From Sulfurimonas sp. (GTDB lineage: Bacteria; Campylobacterota; Campylobacteria; Campylobacterales; Sulfurimonadaceae), in contig NZ_JAPHUF010000021.1 in NCBI RefSeq assembly GCF_026196735.1, positions 6,744 to 70,743 on the forward strand: DNA of 64,000 nt, read 5' to 3'. The notes beneath the pieces were generated by a model. The model ran no database searches, was not told where the DNA came from, and was given only the letters and a program-made list of their open reading frames with translations. Shown here piece after piece: positions 9,255 through 17,934 of the stretch (position 1 is its first letter; each line of letters begins with the position of its first letter). A program made the translations under genes and the position numbers.

Positions 9255-9914
9255 ATGAAAGCAATGATTTTAGCAGCCGGTCGGGGCGAGAGAATGCGAC
9301 CACTTACAGACCACACTCCAAAGCCATTATTAAAAGTTCACGGCAAGGCTCTTATTGTACATCACATTGAAAAACTCTCTTGTCTTGGATTTGATGAAAT
9401 AGTGATAAACATCGCGCATTTGGGCTATAAAATACCTGAGACTTTAGGTGACGGCTCAAAATGGGGAGTAAACCTAGTCTACTCTGATGAGCAAAATAGC
9501 GGAGCATTAGAGAGTGCCGGCGGAATCATAAAAGCACTTGCATTTTTTGGAAATGACACCTTTTTAGTTGTAAACGGAGATATCTTTTGCGACTATGAAT
9601 TTGATTCTAGTTTTGAGCTTGGCGATAATTTGGCTCATCTTATCTTGGTGCCAAACCCAAAGCACAATCCTGACGGCGACTTTGCTTTAAAAGATGAAAG
9701 AGTTTTAAACAATGGTGAAGAAAAATTCACCTTTTCAGGCATAGGCTATTACTCGCCTAAACTTTTTGAAGGTTTAAGAGCTGAAAAAAGTGCATTGGCT
9801 CCACTTCTTCGCTTGGCAATAGACAAAAGCAGTGTCAGCGGAAATCTACATGTAGGTATCTGGTATGACATCGGAACTCCGCAGAGGCTCGAAGCTGCGA
9901 ACAGATTAAAATAA
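9255..9914 (+). CDS. murU: N-acetylmuramate alpha-1-phosphate uridylyltransferase
   Basis: MILAAGRGERMRPLTDHTPKPLL, LESAGGI, VNGDI, FSGIG and WYDIGTPQRL motifs; 219 aa single domain. Confidence 0.85.
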   Translation: MKAMILAAGRGERMRPLTDHTPKPLLKVHGKALIVHHIEKLSCLGFDEIVINIAHLGYKIPETLGDGSKWGVNLVYSDEQNSGALESAGGIIKALAFFGNDTFLVVNGDIFCDYEFDSSFELGDNLAHLILVPNPKHNPDGDFALKDERVLNNGEEKFTFSGIGYYSPKLFEGLRAEKSALAPLLRLAIDKSSVSGNLHVGIWYDIGTPQRLEAANRLK

Positions 9915-9926
9915 AAGGATTTATAC

Positions 9927-10355
9927 ATGTCATGGCCTCCGAAAACTCCATATTTAGCAACAGACGGCATAGTTGAAATATATGATGAGTCATATAAATT
10001 TATGGGTATTGTCTTGATAGAGCGAAAAAATGAACCTCTTGGACTTGCTCTTCCCGGCGGATTTGTTGATATTGGAGAGAGTGTCGAAGATGCTGTTGTA
10101 AGGGAAATGAAAGAAGAAATATCACTTGATGTACATGTAGATGAACTGCTTGGTATCTATTCGGACCCTGCAAGAGATAGCAGGTTTCATGTTGCATCTG
10201 CTGTTTATATCTGCAAAGCTATCGGCACTCCTAAAGGAGCAGATGATGCAAAAGAGGCAAGAGTTTTTGCCTTAGATAAGCTACCTTTGGATGATTTGGT
10301 GTTTGATCACAAAAAGATACTGCTTGAGTATCTGCAATACTCTACTTCTGTATAA
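9927..10355 (+). CDS. NUDIX hydrolase (ADP-ribose/nucleotide-sugar pyrophosphatase-like)
   Basis: Nudix box GGFVDIGESVEDAVVREMKEEISL; YSDPARD. Confidence 0.9.
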   Translation: MSWPPKTPYLATDGIVEIYDESYKFMGIVLIERKNEPLGLALPGGFVDIGESVEDAVVREMKEEISLDVHVDELLGIYSDPARDSRFHVASAVYICKAIGTPKGADDAKEARVFALDKLPLDDLVFDHKKILLEYLQYSTSV

Positions 10356-10485
10356 ACTGTCCGCACCCTTTTTGCTCATTACCTTTAAAAGTCTTATAAT
10401 CCTGATTGCCATTTAACCAAGAAGCGTAACGGGCACACTCTTCACTTTTCATACATGTTTTATTGTCGCAGGCTTTATCTACCAT
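10342..10485 (-). CDS. 47-aa four-cysteine microprotein (below ORF-track cutoff)
   Basis: MVDKACDNKTCMKSEECARYASWLNGNQDYKTFKGNEQKGCGQFIQK; AGGA SD upstream and TGTTATAAT -10 at 10512..10520 on the minus strand. Confidence 0.7.
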   Translation of the reverse strand: MVDKACDNKTCMKSEECARYASWLNGNQDYKTFKGNEQKGCGQFIQK

Positions 10486-10689
10486 CTATATTCCTATCTT
10501 TTATTTATGGAATTATAACAGATATGAGTGTAATAGGCGATATTTATTATAAATTTAAAATACCAAGAGTTTATTAAAATATAAAATAATAAAAATAAAT
10601 ATTATTTTTATATTGAAACAACTATACTCTTATAAACACATAATAATAAAAATTAATATTAATTTGATATTAAGTGGTTATACTAATGC

Positions 10690-11904
10690 ATGAATACTTA
10701 TAAAAACTTTGTAAAATATTTTACTACTGGCATGATTTCAAGTGTAGCTTTTTTTAGCAATAACATGTCCTCAAACGATTATAATACACAAAAAATAAAA
10801 GAAAATGCCCTTGTACTCATCCCTATTTACCTTATACCTTTTGCGATTATCTGGGGATTGTTTTATATTTATTTAGACCACTCGGTTCCCGCAATAATTC
10901 CGTTTAGCTATTCACTAATATCTCTACTGAATCTATGGTCTTTTAAAAAGACAAAAAACATAGCTCTTTTTCAAAATATACAAACTACTCTTATACTTCT
11001 GTTTCCATTTTTTCTTATGTGGGTTCTAGGCGGTTTTGCGCTGGGAAGTTTTGTTTTTATATGGGCTTTTTTTGCACCGATTTCAGCCTTGATTTACAAT
11101 AGCAAAAACGAAGCACTCTACTGGTTTTACGCATTTATTGCTCTTATAGTTTTTTCAACTATTATAGACGAGAGTCTTTTAAGTTCTCATACAACCTTTA
11201 TGCCTCAAATAGCGGTGGAGATGTTTTTTCTTTTAAATATTACACTAGGGCTGTCAGGTATTTACTTTTTAATTCGATATTATATAAATGAAAATGAAAG
11301 AAGTACGCATGAAGCTCTTAAAAAAGAGCATATAGAGTTACAAAAACGCTCGCAAGAACTACATGAGGCAAATAAAAAACTAGAGTACCACGCCAATCAT
11401 GATTCACTTACAGCTTTACCAAACAGATATTACCTAAGAGAACATCTCGGCCACAAGTTAGCACACGCAAAAAGAAATAAATACAGCGTTGCTCTTTTAT
11501 TTATGGACTTGGACGGTTTTAAAGGGGTAAATGATAATTTAGGACATGCTACGGGAGACCAAGTACTCAAAGATGTTTCTTTTAGACTAAAATCTCTGCT
11601 TAGAGAAGAGGATGAAATCTCAAGATTAGGCGGTGATGAGTTTGCGATTGTTATAGGTGACCTTAAAGATATAAGCTATGTTGAGATGATTGCAAAGCGT
11701 ATCATAGATGAAATTAACCGTGATTACGATTACCTACCAAATAGTTCACAAATAGGTGTAAGTATCGGCATTAGTCTTTTTCCAAAAAATGCAGATGATA
11801 TTGACACTCTGATAAACAATGCGGATAAAGCTATGTACGAGGTAAAACAAGCTTCTAAAAATGCTTATTTGTTTTATAATAAAGCTATGCATAGCAGCAG
11901 TTAA
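10690..11904 (+). CDS. Membrane-bound diguanylate cyclase (GGDEF)
   Basis: About 6 TM helices, coiled coil, HDSLTALPNR, REED I-site and RLGGDEF active site. Confidence 0.9.
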   Translation: MNTYKNFVKYFTTGMISSVAFFSNNMSSNDYNTQKIKENALVLIPIYLIPFAIIWGLFYIYLDHSVPAIIPFSYSLISLLNLWSFKKTKNIALFQNIQTTLILLFPFFLMWVLGGFALGSFVFIWAFFAPISALIYNSKNEALYWFYAFIALIVFSTIIDESLLSSHTTFMPQIAVEMFFLLNITLGLSGIYFLIRYYINENERSTHEALKKEHIELQKRSQELHEANKKLEYHANHDSLTALPNRYYLREHLGHKLAHAKRNKYSVALLFMDLDGFKGVNDNLGHATGDQVLKDVSFRLKSLLREEDEISRLGGDEFAIVIGDLKDISYVEMIAKRIIDEINRDYDYLPNSSQIGVSIGISLFPKNADDIDTLINNADKAMYEVKQASKNAYLFYNKAMHSSS

Positions 11905-11954
11905 CACAAGTATAGTATACTTTAGACAAAATTATATACTATCAAGGAAATGAA

Positions 11955-12929
11955 GTGTTAAAGTCAATCTTACTAATATCTCTAAGCACTCTGCTTTTTG
12001 CAAAATACACAAACTGCGAATTTAAAAATGAAAACTATACAGAAATATGCCAAAAAGCGGTAAAAAACGGTGTCTCATATAAATATGCCAATGAATTTTT
12101 ACTCTCATATTTTAAGACGAAAAAATTTGATGAGGTAAGTTATAAATATCTTCAACCGAGATTTATCAAAGCTCATAAAAAAAATGAGAAAAAAGCCAAC
12201 AATGTACTTGTCAAATATATACCCGATATGGTAACTCATCTAAAAAAATATAAAGAGGTGTATGATTATGCGGAGAAAAAATACGGTGTAAACCGCGAGA
12301 TAATAGCTGCTATCTTAATAAAAGAGACCAGACTCGGCAAGATAAAACCTACTCATGATGCCTTTATAGTATTTAACACTTTAGTCGTACGAACCAAACC
12401 AAATTCTAGCCGTGAAAAGTGGCTGCTAAATATGGGTAAGACAAATATGACCTCTATCATCGTCCACTGTTATAAAAAGGGGGTAACTCCTGAGCAATGT
12501 AATCTGCCAAGCTCTTATGCAGGAGCTGTAGGGATACCGCAGTTTATGCCAAACAGTTTTGTTTATGCGGAGGGCTATAAAACAGAAGTGGCAGATCTAA
12601 CAAAGATGGAAGATGCCATTGTGTCAGCAAGCAAATTCTTACATAAAAAAGCAAATTTCTCAGTGTTGATTGATTGGAGTATTATGCCTGATATTCCAAG
12701 CATAGAATCTGAGTGGTATGATTATGAGTTCGAAAATGACGACGCTTCATTCGTTTATGCCCAAAGTAAAAAATCAAACAAAGTCTATGATTGTTTTACA
12801 TGTGAAAAACCGGAATTAACATACCTTAGGGAATATAGCAAAAAACTTATGCGTTATAACAACTCATCTAACTATGCTGTGGGCGTAATGCGTCTGGCAT
12901 ACGATGCACATAAAAGTCTCAATAAGTAA
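11955..12929 (+). CDS. Lytic murein transglycosylase (MltB/SLT_2-like)
   Basis: IKETRLG (catalytic Glu), SSYAGAVGIPQFMPNS and YNNSSNYA motifs; signal peptide. Confidence 0.85.
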   Translation: MLKSILLISLSTLLFAKYTNCEFKNENYTEICQKAVKNGVSYKYANEFLLSYFKTKKFDEVSYKYLQPRFIKAHKKNEKKANNVLVKYIPDMVTHLKKYKEVYDYAEKKYGVNREIIAAILIKETRLGKIKPTHDAFIVFNTLVVRTKPNSSREKWLLNMGKTNMTSIIVHCYKKGVTPEQCNLPSSYAGAVGIPQFMPNSFVYAEGYKTEVADLTKMEDAIVSASKFLHKKANFSVLIDWSIMPDIPSIESEWYDYEFENDDASFVYAQSKKSNKVYDCFTCEKPELTYLREYSKKLMRYNNSSNYAVGVMRLAYDAHKSLNK

Positions 12930-12935
12930 ATAAGT

Positions 12936-13190
12936 TTATTTTTTTGCTACATACTTATAATACAATAAACACCAGCCATTAGGATCGATAGAGCCTTCCA
13001 CTAATTTACATTCATTGGTTTCTGGGAGAAAATGTATACAATCAATGCACTTTTGCGAATCTTTTGGTGTATCTTGATAAGCTATCTTATTTTGAGCAAT
13101 TTTAGCCAGTAGTGGAGTAGTACCCCAAGTAACTAAACCGAGTAAAGCCATATATTTAAAAAACGCTCTTCTTGTAGAAATTCTCATCAC
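12936..13190 (-). CDS. High-potential iron-sulfur protein (HiPIP, small Iro-like type), Tat-exported
   Basis: STRRAFF Tat motif; YQDTP..CIDC-F..C..V.G.IDPNGWC four-Cys pattern. Confidence 0.85.
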   Translation of the reverse strand: MMRISTRRAFFKYMALLGLVTWGTTPLLAKIAQNKIAYQDTPKDSQKCIDCIHFLPETNECKLVEGSIDPNGWCLLYYKYVAKK

Positions 13191-13269
13191 AACTCCTTTT
13201 TAAAATAATTCGTATTACTATACTCTAGTGGATTTTACTTAAGCATATAATAAATTATTATAATTAGTC

Positions 13270-14133
13270 TTAGTTAATCATGGCTTTTAAAGTGTGTGAT
13301 TCATTTGGTTTAATTATTCTGGCATCATCAAAAGCATTTGCAGATTCTATGCAGACCATACCTTCATAAGAACTAGGTTTCATAGCGCTCATTCTCTTGC
13401 ATTTGTCTACCCATGGATTCCAAACAACTACAGAAGATGAACCTTCATTTTGTATCTTGATTGTTCTATTTTTGTCTATTAGCAATATTTTTCCATAGAC
13501 ATCTTGATAAACTCTATCAATCTCTCTATTAAAAATTATATCTCCGTCTTGTATTTTTTCTTTCATACTCAAAGCATCAAAATACGGCTTTTTATCAAGA
13601 CCTTTTACTCTGACATGTGAAATATGCGAAATATCAAAATAGGTGTGCAGAGCCTGCGTAATAAGAAATGCTTTATCATCAAGATTTGTAGTTTTTAACT
13701 CCACAGTAAGAGTATCTGAAACTATTACATGTAACTCCAGCTCAAATCTATGCGGCCACAGTTTTAAACTCTCAGGTGTGTGAGAAAGTGAAAAAGTAAC
13801 TTCTGTTGAGTTGGCATCTGTCTCATTGGTATTTTTTAGCTTCCACATAGCAGTTCTTGCAAAACCATGCTGAGGCAGGCTTTCATCTTTAGGCATACGC
13901 CCTGAAGGAAGTGCCCTTGGGGTACCAAACCATGGCCAACAAACCGGAATACCACCGCGAATAGACTTCATATGCTCAAAGTCGCTACTCTCGCTAAGCC
14001 ACAAAACAGGGTTGCCGTAATGTCTTTTATACTCAAAAATATGTGCGCCTTGAAGTGCTATCTTGGCTGTCGCTGAAGTGTTTTTTATTTCTATGTACTC
14101 AAAACCGTTAATGAGCTTTTTGTGCTCTATCAC
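13270..14133 (-). CDS. D-hexose-6-phosphate mutarotase (aldose 1-epimerase family)
   Basis: IRGGIPVCWPWFG, HGFAR, ALHTYF and VVWNPW motifs; start moved to GTG 14133, overlapping the upstream TGA. Confidence 0.85.
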   Translation of the reverse strand: MIEHKKLINGFEYIEIKNTSATAKIALQGAHIFEYKRHYGNPVLWLSESSDFEHMKSIRGGIPVCWPWFGTPRALPSGRMPKDESLPQHGFARTAMWKLKNTNETDANSTEVTFSLSHTPESLKLWPHRFELELHVIVSDTLTVELKTTNLDDKAFLITQALHTYFDISHISHVRVKGLDKKPYFDALSMKEKIQDGDIIFNREIDRVYQDVYGKILLIDKNRTIKIQNEGSSSVVVWNPWVDKCKRMSAMKPSSYEGMVCIESANAFDDARIIKPNESHTLKAMIN

Positions 14134-15398
14134 CACTTTTGCCAAACTGTAATTTTGTGCCATTTAAAAGCATAAAAGAGTATAAAGACATAAGAGATTA
14201 TACCTAGTAAGTATGTTGATTGCATATCGCCGCTTACAGATGAGATCTTACCAAAAATAAGAGGCATTATCGCTCCACCTGCAATACCCATAATAAGCAG
14301 AGCGCTCCCTTGTGCTGTATACTTTCCAAGACCTTCCAATGCAAGCGGCCAGATGGTAGGCCACACAAGAGCATTTGCAAAGCCTAAAAGCGCAACAAAG
14401 GTTACGGTATTTGGAAGTGTCGGTATGCCCATCCATCCCCATAATATTTCTGAGATAAAGAAGCTGTCTGCCGATGAAGATACAACACCAATCAAAAACA
14501 AAATCCCAAAAAGAGCAGAGCCTATAAGTGCTTTTTCTTGTGAAAGATACTTAGGTATAAAAGCTACACCGACCAAGTAGCCCGCAACCATAAATACCAT
14601 AGTGTAAGAGGTAAGTGCAGTGGAGTTACCCACACCAAGATACTGTCCATAAAGCCCTATGGTATCTCCGGCTATAACTTCAATACCAACATAAAAGAAA
14701 AGTGCGACAGCACCTAAAACAACGCGAGGAAACTGGAAAATACTATTTTTATCCAAAAGAACTTCTTTTTCAAATTCTAGTTCAGGGAGCGATGAAAACT
14801 TAACAAGAGCTACAAGTCCCGCTAAAACAATAGCCATAATAATATAAGGAGTTATGAGTCTAGATGAGAGAGCCTCTTTTTCAAACGCCGATAGATTTTC
14901 TAAAGAACCAATATCTGAAAGGATAAGAGCTGTAAAAAGAAGAGGCACGATTACTCCTGCACCTTTATTTATAAGTCCCATTATACTTATTCTCATGGCA
15001 GCGCTCTCTATGGGTCCTATACAAACCACATAAGGATTTGATGCGGTTTGAAGTATGGTTAGTCCTGTTCCAAGTGTAAAAAGTGCAAGTAAAAACAGCA
15101 TGAAGCTTGCGCTTATTGCAGCCGGTATAAAAAGAAGACTACCAACAACCATAACAGCCAAACCAAGAGCCATGCCATCTTTGTAGCCTGTTTTCTCCAG
15201 CACATAAGACATTGGCAGCGCCATAACGGTATATGCTATATAAAAAACGAAAGTTACAAAAAGAGCTTGAAAGTCGTTAAGATCACATATAACTTTCAAA
15301 AAAGGTATAAGTGATCCATTTAACCATGTTACAAATCCAAATATAAAGAACAAGATTCCTATAATTACCATAGGTAACATCGTTGTCTTAGTGTCCAT
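14130..15398 (-). CDS. MFS sugar transporter, FucP/GluP (glucose/galactose/GlcNAc) family
   Basis: LFFIFGFVTWLNG, LQTASNPYV, YVGIE and GIAGGA motifs; 12 TM. Confidence 0.9.
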   Translation of the reverse strand: MDTKTTMLPMVIIGILFFIFGFVTWLNGSLIPFLKVICDLNDFQALFVTFVFYIAYTVMALPMSYVLEKTGYKDGMALGLAVMVVGSLLFIPAAISASFMLFLLALFTLGTGLTILQTASNPYVVCIGPIESAAMRISIMGLINKGAGVIVPLLFTALILSDIGSLENLSAFEKEALSSRLITPYIIMAIVLAGLVALVKFSSLPELEFEKEVLLDKNSIFQFPRVVLGAVALFFYVGIEVIAGDTIGLYGQYLGVGNSTALTSYTMVFMVAGYLVGVAFIPKYLSQEKALIGSALFGILFLIGVVSSSADSFFISEILWGWMGIPTLPNTVTFVALLGFANALVWPTIWPLALEGLGKYTAQGSALLIMGIAGGAIMPLIFGKISSVSGDMQSTYLLGIISYVFILFYAFKWHKITVWQKW

Positions 15399-16218
15399 TA
15401 CTTATGCCCTTTAAATATTTCGCAACTGCATCTTCATCGTTAGTATGTGGCAGTATTATATCCGCAGCTTTTTTTACGCTCTCTTGAGCATTTGCAACTG
15501 CAATAGCGTTGCCTGCAAGTTCAAACATTCCTAAATCGTTAAAATTATCACCAAACACACTAAGGTTTGAGAGGTCAAAATCGGCATATTCACTTATGCT
15601 TTTAATCCCGTGAGATTTATCTGCATCTTTATGTAAGACAGTTAAAAAGTAGCAGCCTGCGTAAACTTCCGGTGCTAAAATATACTTCAATATATCTCCA
15701 AAAGTCTTTTTGAAATGCTCAGCAATTTCGCTTAATTGTTTTTGCTCTGCAAAATACACAATTTTAAAGTTTTCATCCATTGTACGAAGATTTTTATGTT
15801 GATGGTGGTGATTGTCATTTTTATAATTTTTAATAATCTCTTTTTGATATGAATTTAAAGTAGTAGAGTATAAAAAAGACTCACTTAAGTCCTTATCAGC
15901 CAAAGAGAGTACAAAAGGGTATATGCCAAATTTTGCACCTTCATCTATGATAGCATCGCCTAGTTCTTTGTTTATAAACTTTGTGTCAATTATCTTCTTA
16001 TCCATAGTTGCTATCAGGGCACCGTCAAGAAGTATCATCGGTGCATTGATATGAATATCTTTTAAAAATTGTGCTGTTTTTTTGTATGTTCTTGCCGTTG
16101 CAACACTTACAATAGAATCAATTCCGACACTGTTCCAAACTTCTCTAGTAAAGGAGCTTACCGATAAATCTGTTCGCAGAAATGTGTGGTCAAGATCTGT
16201 TATATATACTTTTTTCAT
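15388..16218 (-). CDS. Cof-type HAD hydrolase (sugar phosphatase family)
   Basis: DLDHT motif I, ATAR motif II, K..G and FGDNFND motif IV. Confidence 0.85.
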   Translation of the reverse strand: MKKVYITDLDHTFLRTDLSVSSFTREVWNSVGIDSIVSVATARTYKKTAQFLKDIHINAPMILLDGALIATMDKKIIDTKFINKELGDAIIDEGAKFGIYPFVLSLADKDLSESFLYSTTLNSYQKEIIKNYKNDNHHHQHKNLRTMDENFKIVYFAEQKQLSEIAEHFKKTFGDILKYILAPEVYAGCYFLTVLHKDADKSHGIKSISEYADFDLSNLSVFGDNFNDLGMFELAGNAIAVANAQESVKKAADIILPHTNDEDAVAKYLKGISNGH

Positions 16219-16219
16219 T

Positions 16220-17836
16220 TTATTTCAACTTACATGTCATCATTTTCTCGACCAAAATTCGCCCAATTTCGACCTTAGTATCAACTACAGATGTAATATT
16301 TAAATCTTCTAAATTCTTTTTATCTTCTAAAGTCGCTACTTTTACAATAAGGTTAACATTTTTAGTATGTTTAAGTACCGCTTCACAAACTGCTCTTTTT
16401 TTATCAATATTGTCCAAAGTCACTATTACGGCAGCTGAGGCACTTGCATGAATGGCTTCTAAAAGAGAGAGCTTGGACATATCTCCCAGATATGCCTCTT
16501 TACCCTCATGCAAAGCTTCTTGAACATGTTTTGGTGAATTATCGATTATCACATATGGAGCATTTATCGTATCTAAGTTTTTTGCTACAAACTTACCTAT
16601 AATACTATACCCGCACACAATCACATGATTCTTTCTTGAAATAAAATCCGAAGTGTCTAAGCCCAGATATTCATGATGTGTTATACGGCTGACAAACTTG
16701 TTTATCTTAGAGATAAAAAATGGTGTAACGACCATAGATAAAATAACTATAAGAACAAACAGAGACTCTAGCTCTTTATCAAGCAATCCTCCCATGCTTG
16801 CAACTGCAAATATAACAAAAGAGAACTCTCCTACCTGAGAAAGTGCCAGAGCTGTTTTAAGTGATAGCATATGCGAAGATGTAATTCTGAGTAAAAGATA
16901 TATGATTATGGTTTTGAGTATTAAAACAAGTACAAATATCCCTACTATTGCTCCAATGTTGTTTACAAGAAAAAGAATATCTACTTTCATTCCCACAACA
17001 ATAAAAAATGTACCTAGAAGTATGTCTTTAAATGGTGCAATATCCGATTCCACCTTATGATGGTACTTTGTCTCGGCTATAATCATACCAGCTACAAAAG
17101 CACCGAGCGAATATGTAAAGCCCATTACCGAAGCCAATAGTGAAGCACTAATAACGATAAACAAAACGGAGGCCATAAAAAGTTCATCGACTTCACTTGA
17201 AGCTGAGAAGTGCAATAACCAAGTCATAACTCTTTTACCAACGACAAACATCAGTAAAATAATTATGACAGCACTTACAAAAGTGTCTCTTAAAATCATT
17301 CCAACTGAGCTATCGCCATTGCTGGTTAAAAACCCCAAAAGAATTAAAATCGGGATAACCGCAATATCCTGAAATATGAGTATTCCTGTCGCACGCTGAC
17401 CGTAAGGGTTGTATATCTCTTTTGAACTTTTGAGATAACTTAGCACAACTGCCGTGGAAGAGAGGGCAAAAGCCAAAGAGAGTATAAGAGCCGAGATAGA
17501 CTCAAGGTCAAAAATATAATGACTAATAGCATAAACAACCAAAGCTGTAAAACCAACCTGCATAAAGCCGTTAAAAAATATCTCCGTTTTCATGCTGTTC
17601 ATTTTTGCCAGAGATATCTCAAGTCCAATAGTAAACATTAAAAAGACTATACCAAACTCGCCAATATGCTCAAGCATTGATGAATCAGTCATATCTCTTA
17701 AATCAAATGCATAGACTATGATGGTACCAGTCAAGATATAGCCTATGATCTGCGAAACACCAAGACGCTTTAAAAAAAGGTTTAATACTGTCGAGACACC
17801 TAGTGCCATAACTATATAAAGAAGTGCAGAATCCAT
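16220..17836 (-). CDS. KefB/KefC-type K+/H+ antiporter (CPA2) with TrkA-N domain
   Basis: GIVFLMFTIGLE, LSSTAVV, LSQVGEFSFV and VIVCGY motifs; start placed at MDSALL (17836). Confidence 0.9.
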   Translation of the reverse strand: MDSALLYIVMALGVSTVLNLFLKRLGVSQIIGYILTGTIIVYAFDLRDMTDSSMLEHIGEFGIVFLMFTIGLEISLAKMNSMKTEIFFNGFMQVGFTALVVYAISHYIFDLESISALILSLAFALSSTAVVLSYLKSSKEIYNPYGQRATGILIFQDIAVIPILILLGFLTSNGDSSVGMILRDTFVSAVIIILLMFVVGKRVMTWLLHFSASSEVDELFMASVLFIVISASLLASVMGFTYSLGAFVAGMIIAETKYHHKVESDIAPFKDILLGTFFIVVGMKVDILFLVNNIGAIVGIFVLVLILKTIIIYLLLRITSSHMLSLKTALALSQVGEFSFVIFAVASMGGLLDKELESLFVLIVILSMVVTPFFISKINKFVSRITHHEYLGLDTSDFISRKNHVIVCGYSIIGKFVAKNLDTINAPYVIIDNSPKHVQEALHEGKEAYLGDMSKLSLLEAIHASASAAVIVTLDNIDKKRAVCEAVLKHTKNVNLIVKVATLEDKKNLEDLNITSVVDTKVEIGRILVEKMMTCKLK

Positions 17837-17934
17837 TAATATACTTTCCGTAAACAATTTAATTAAAGTATTATATACTATTAAGCTTATCAAAAAGTCA
17901 AGTTATATTTATTATATTGATGTACAATAAGTGT

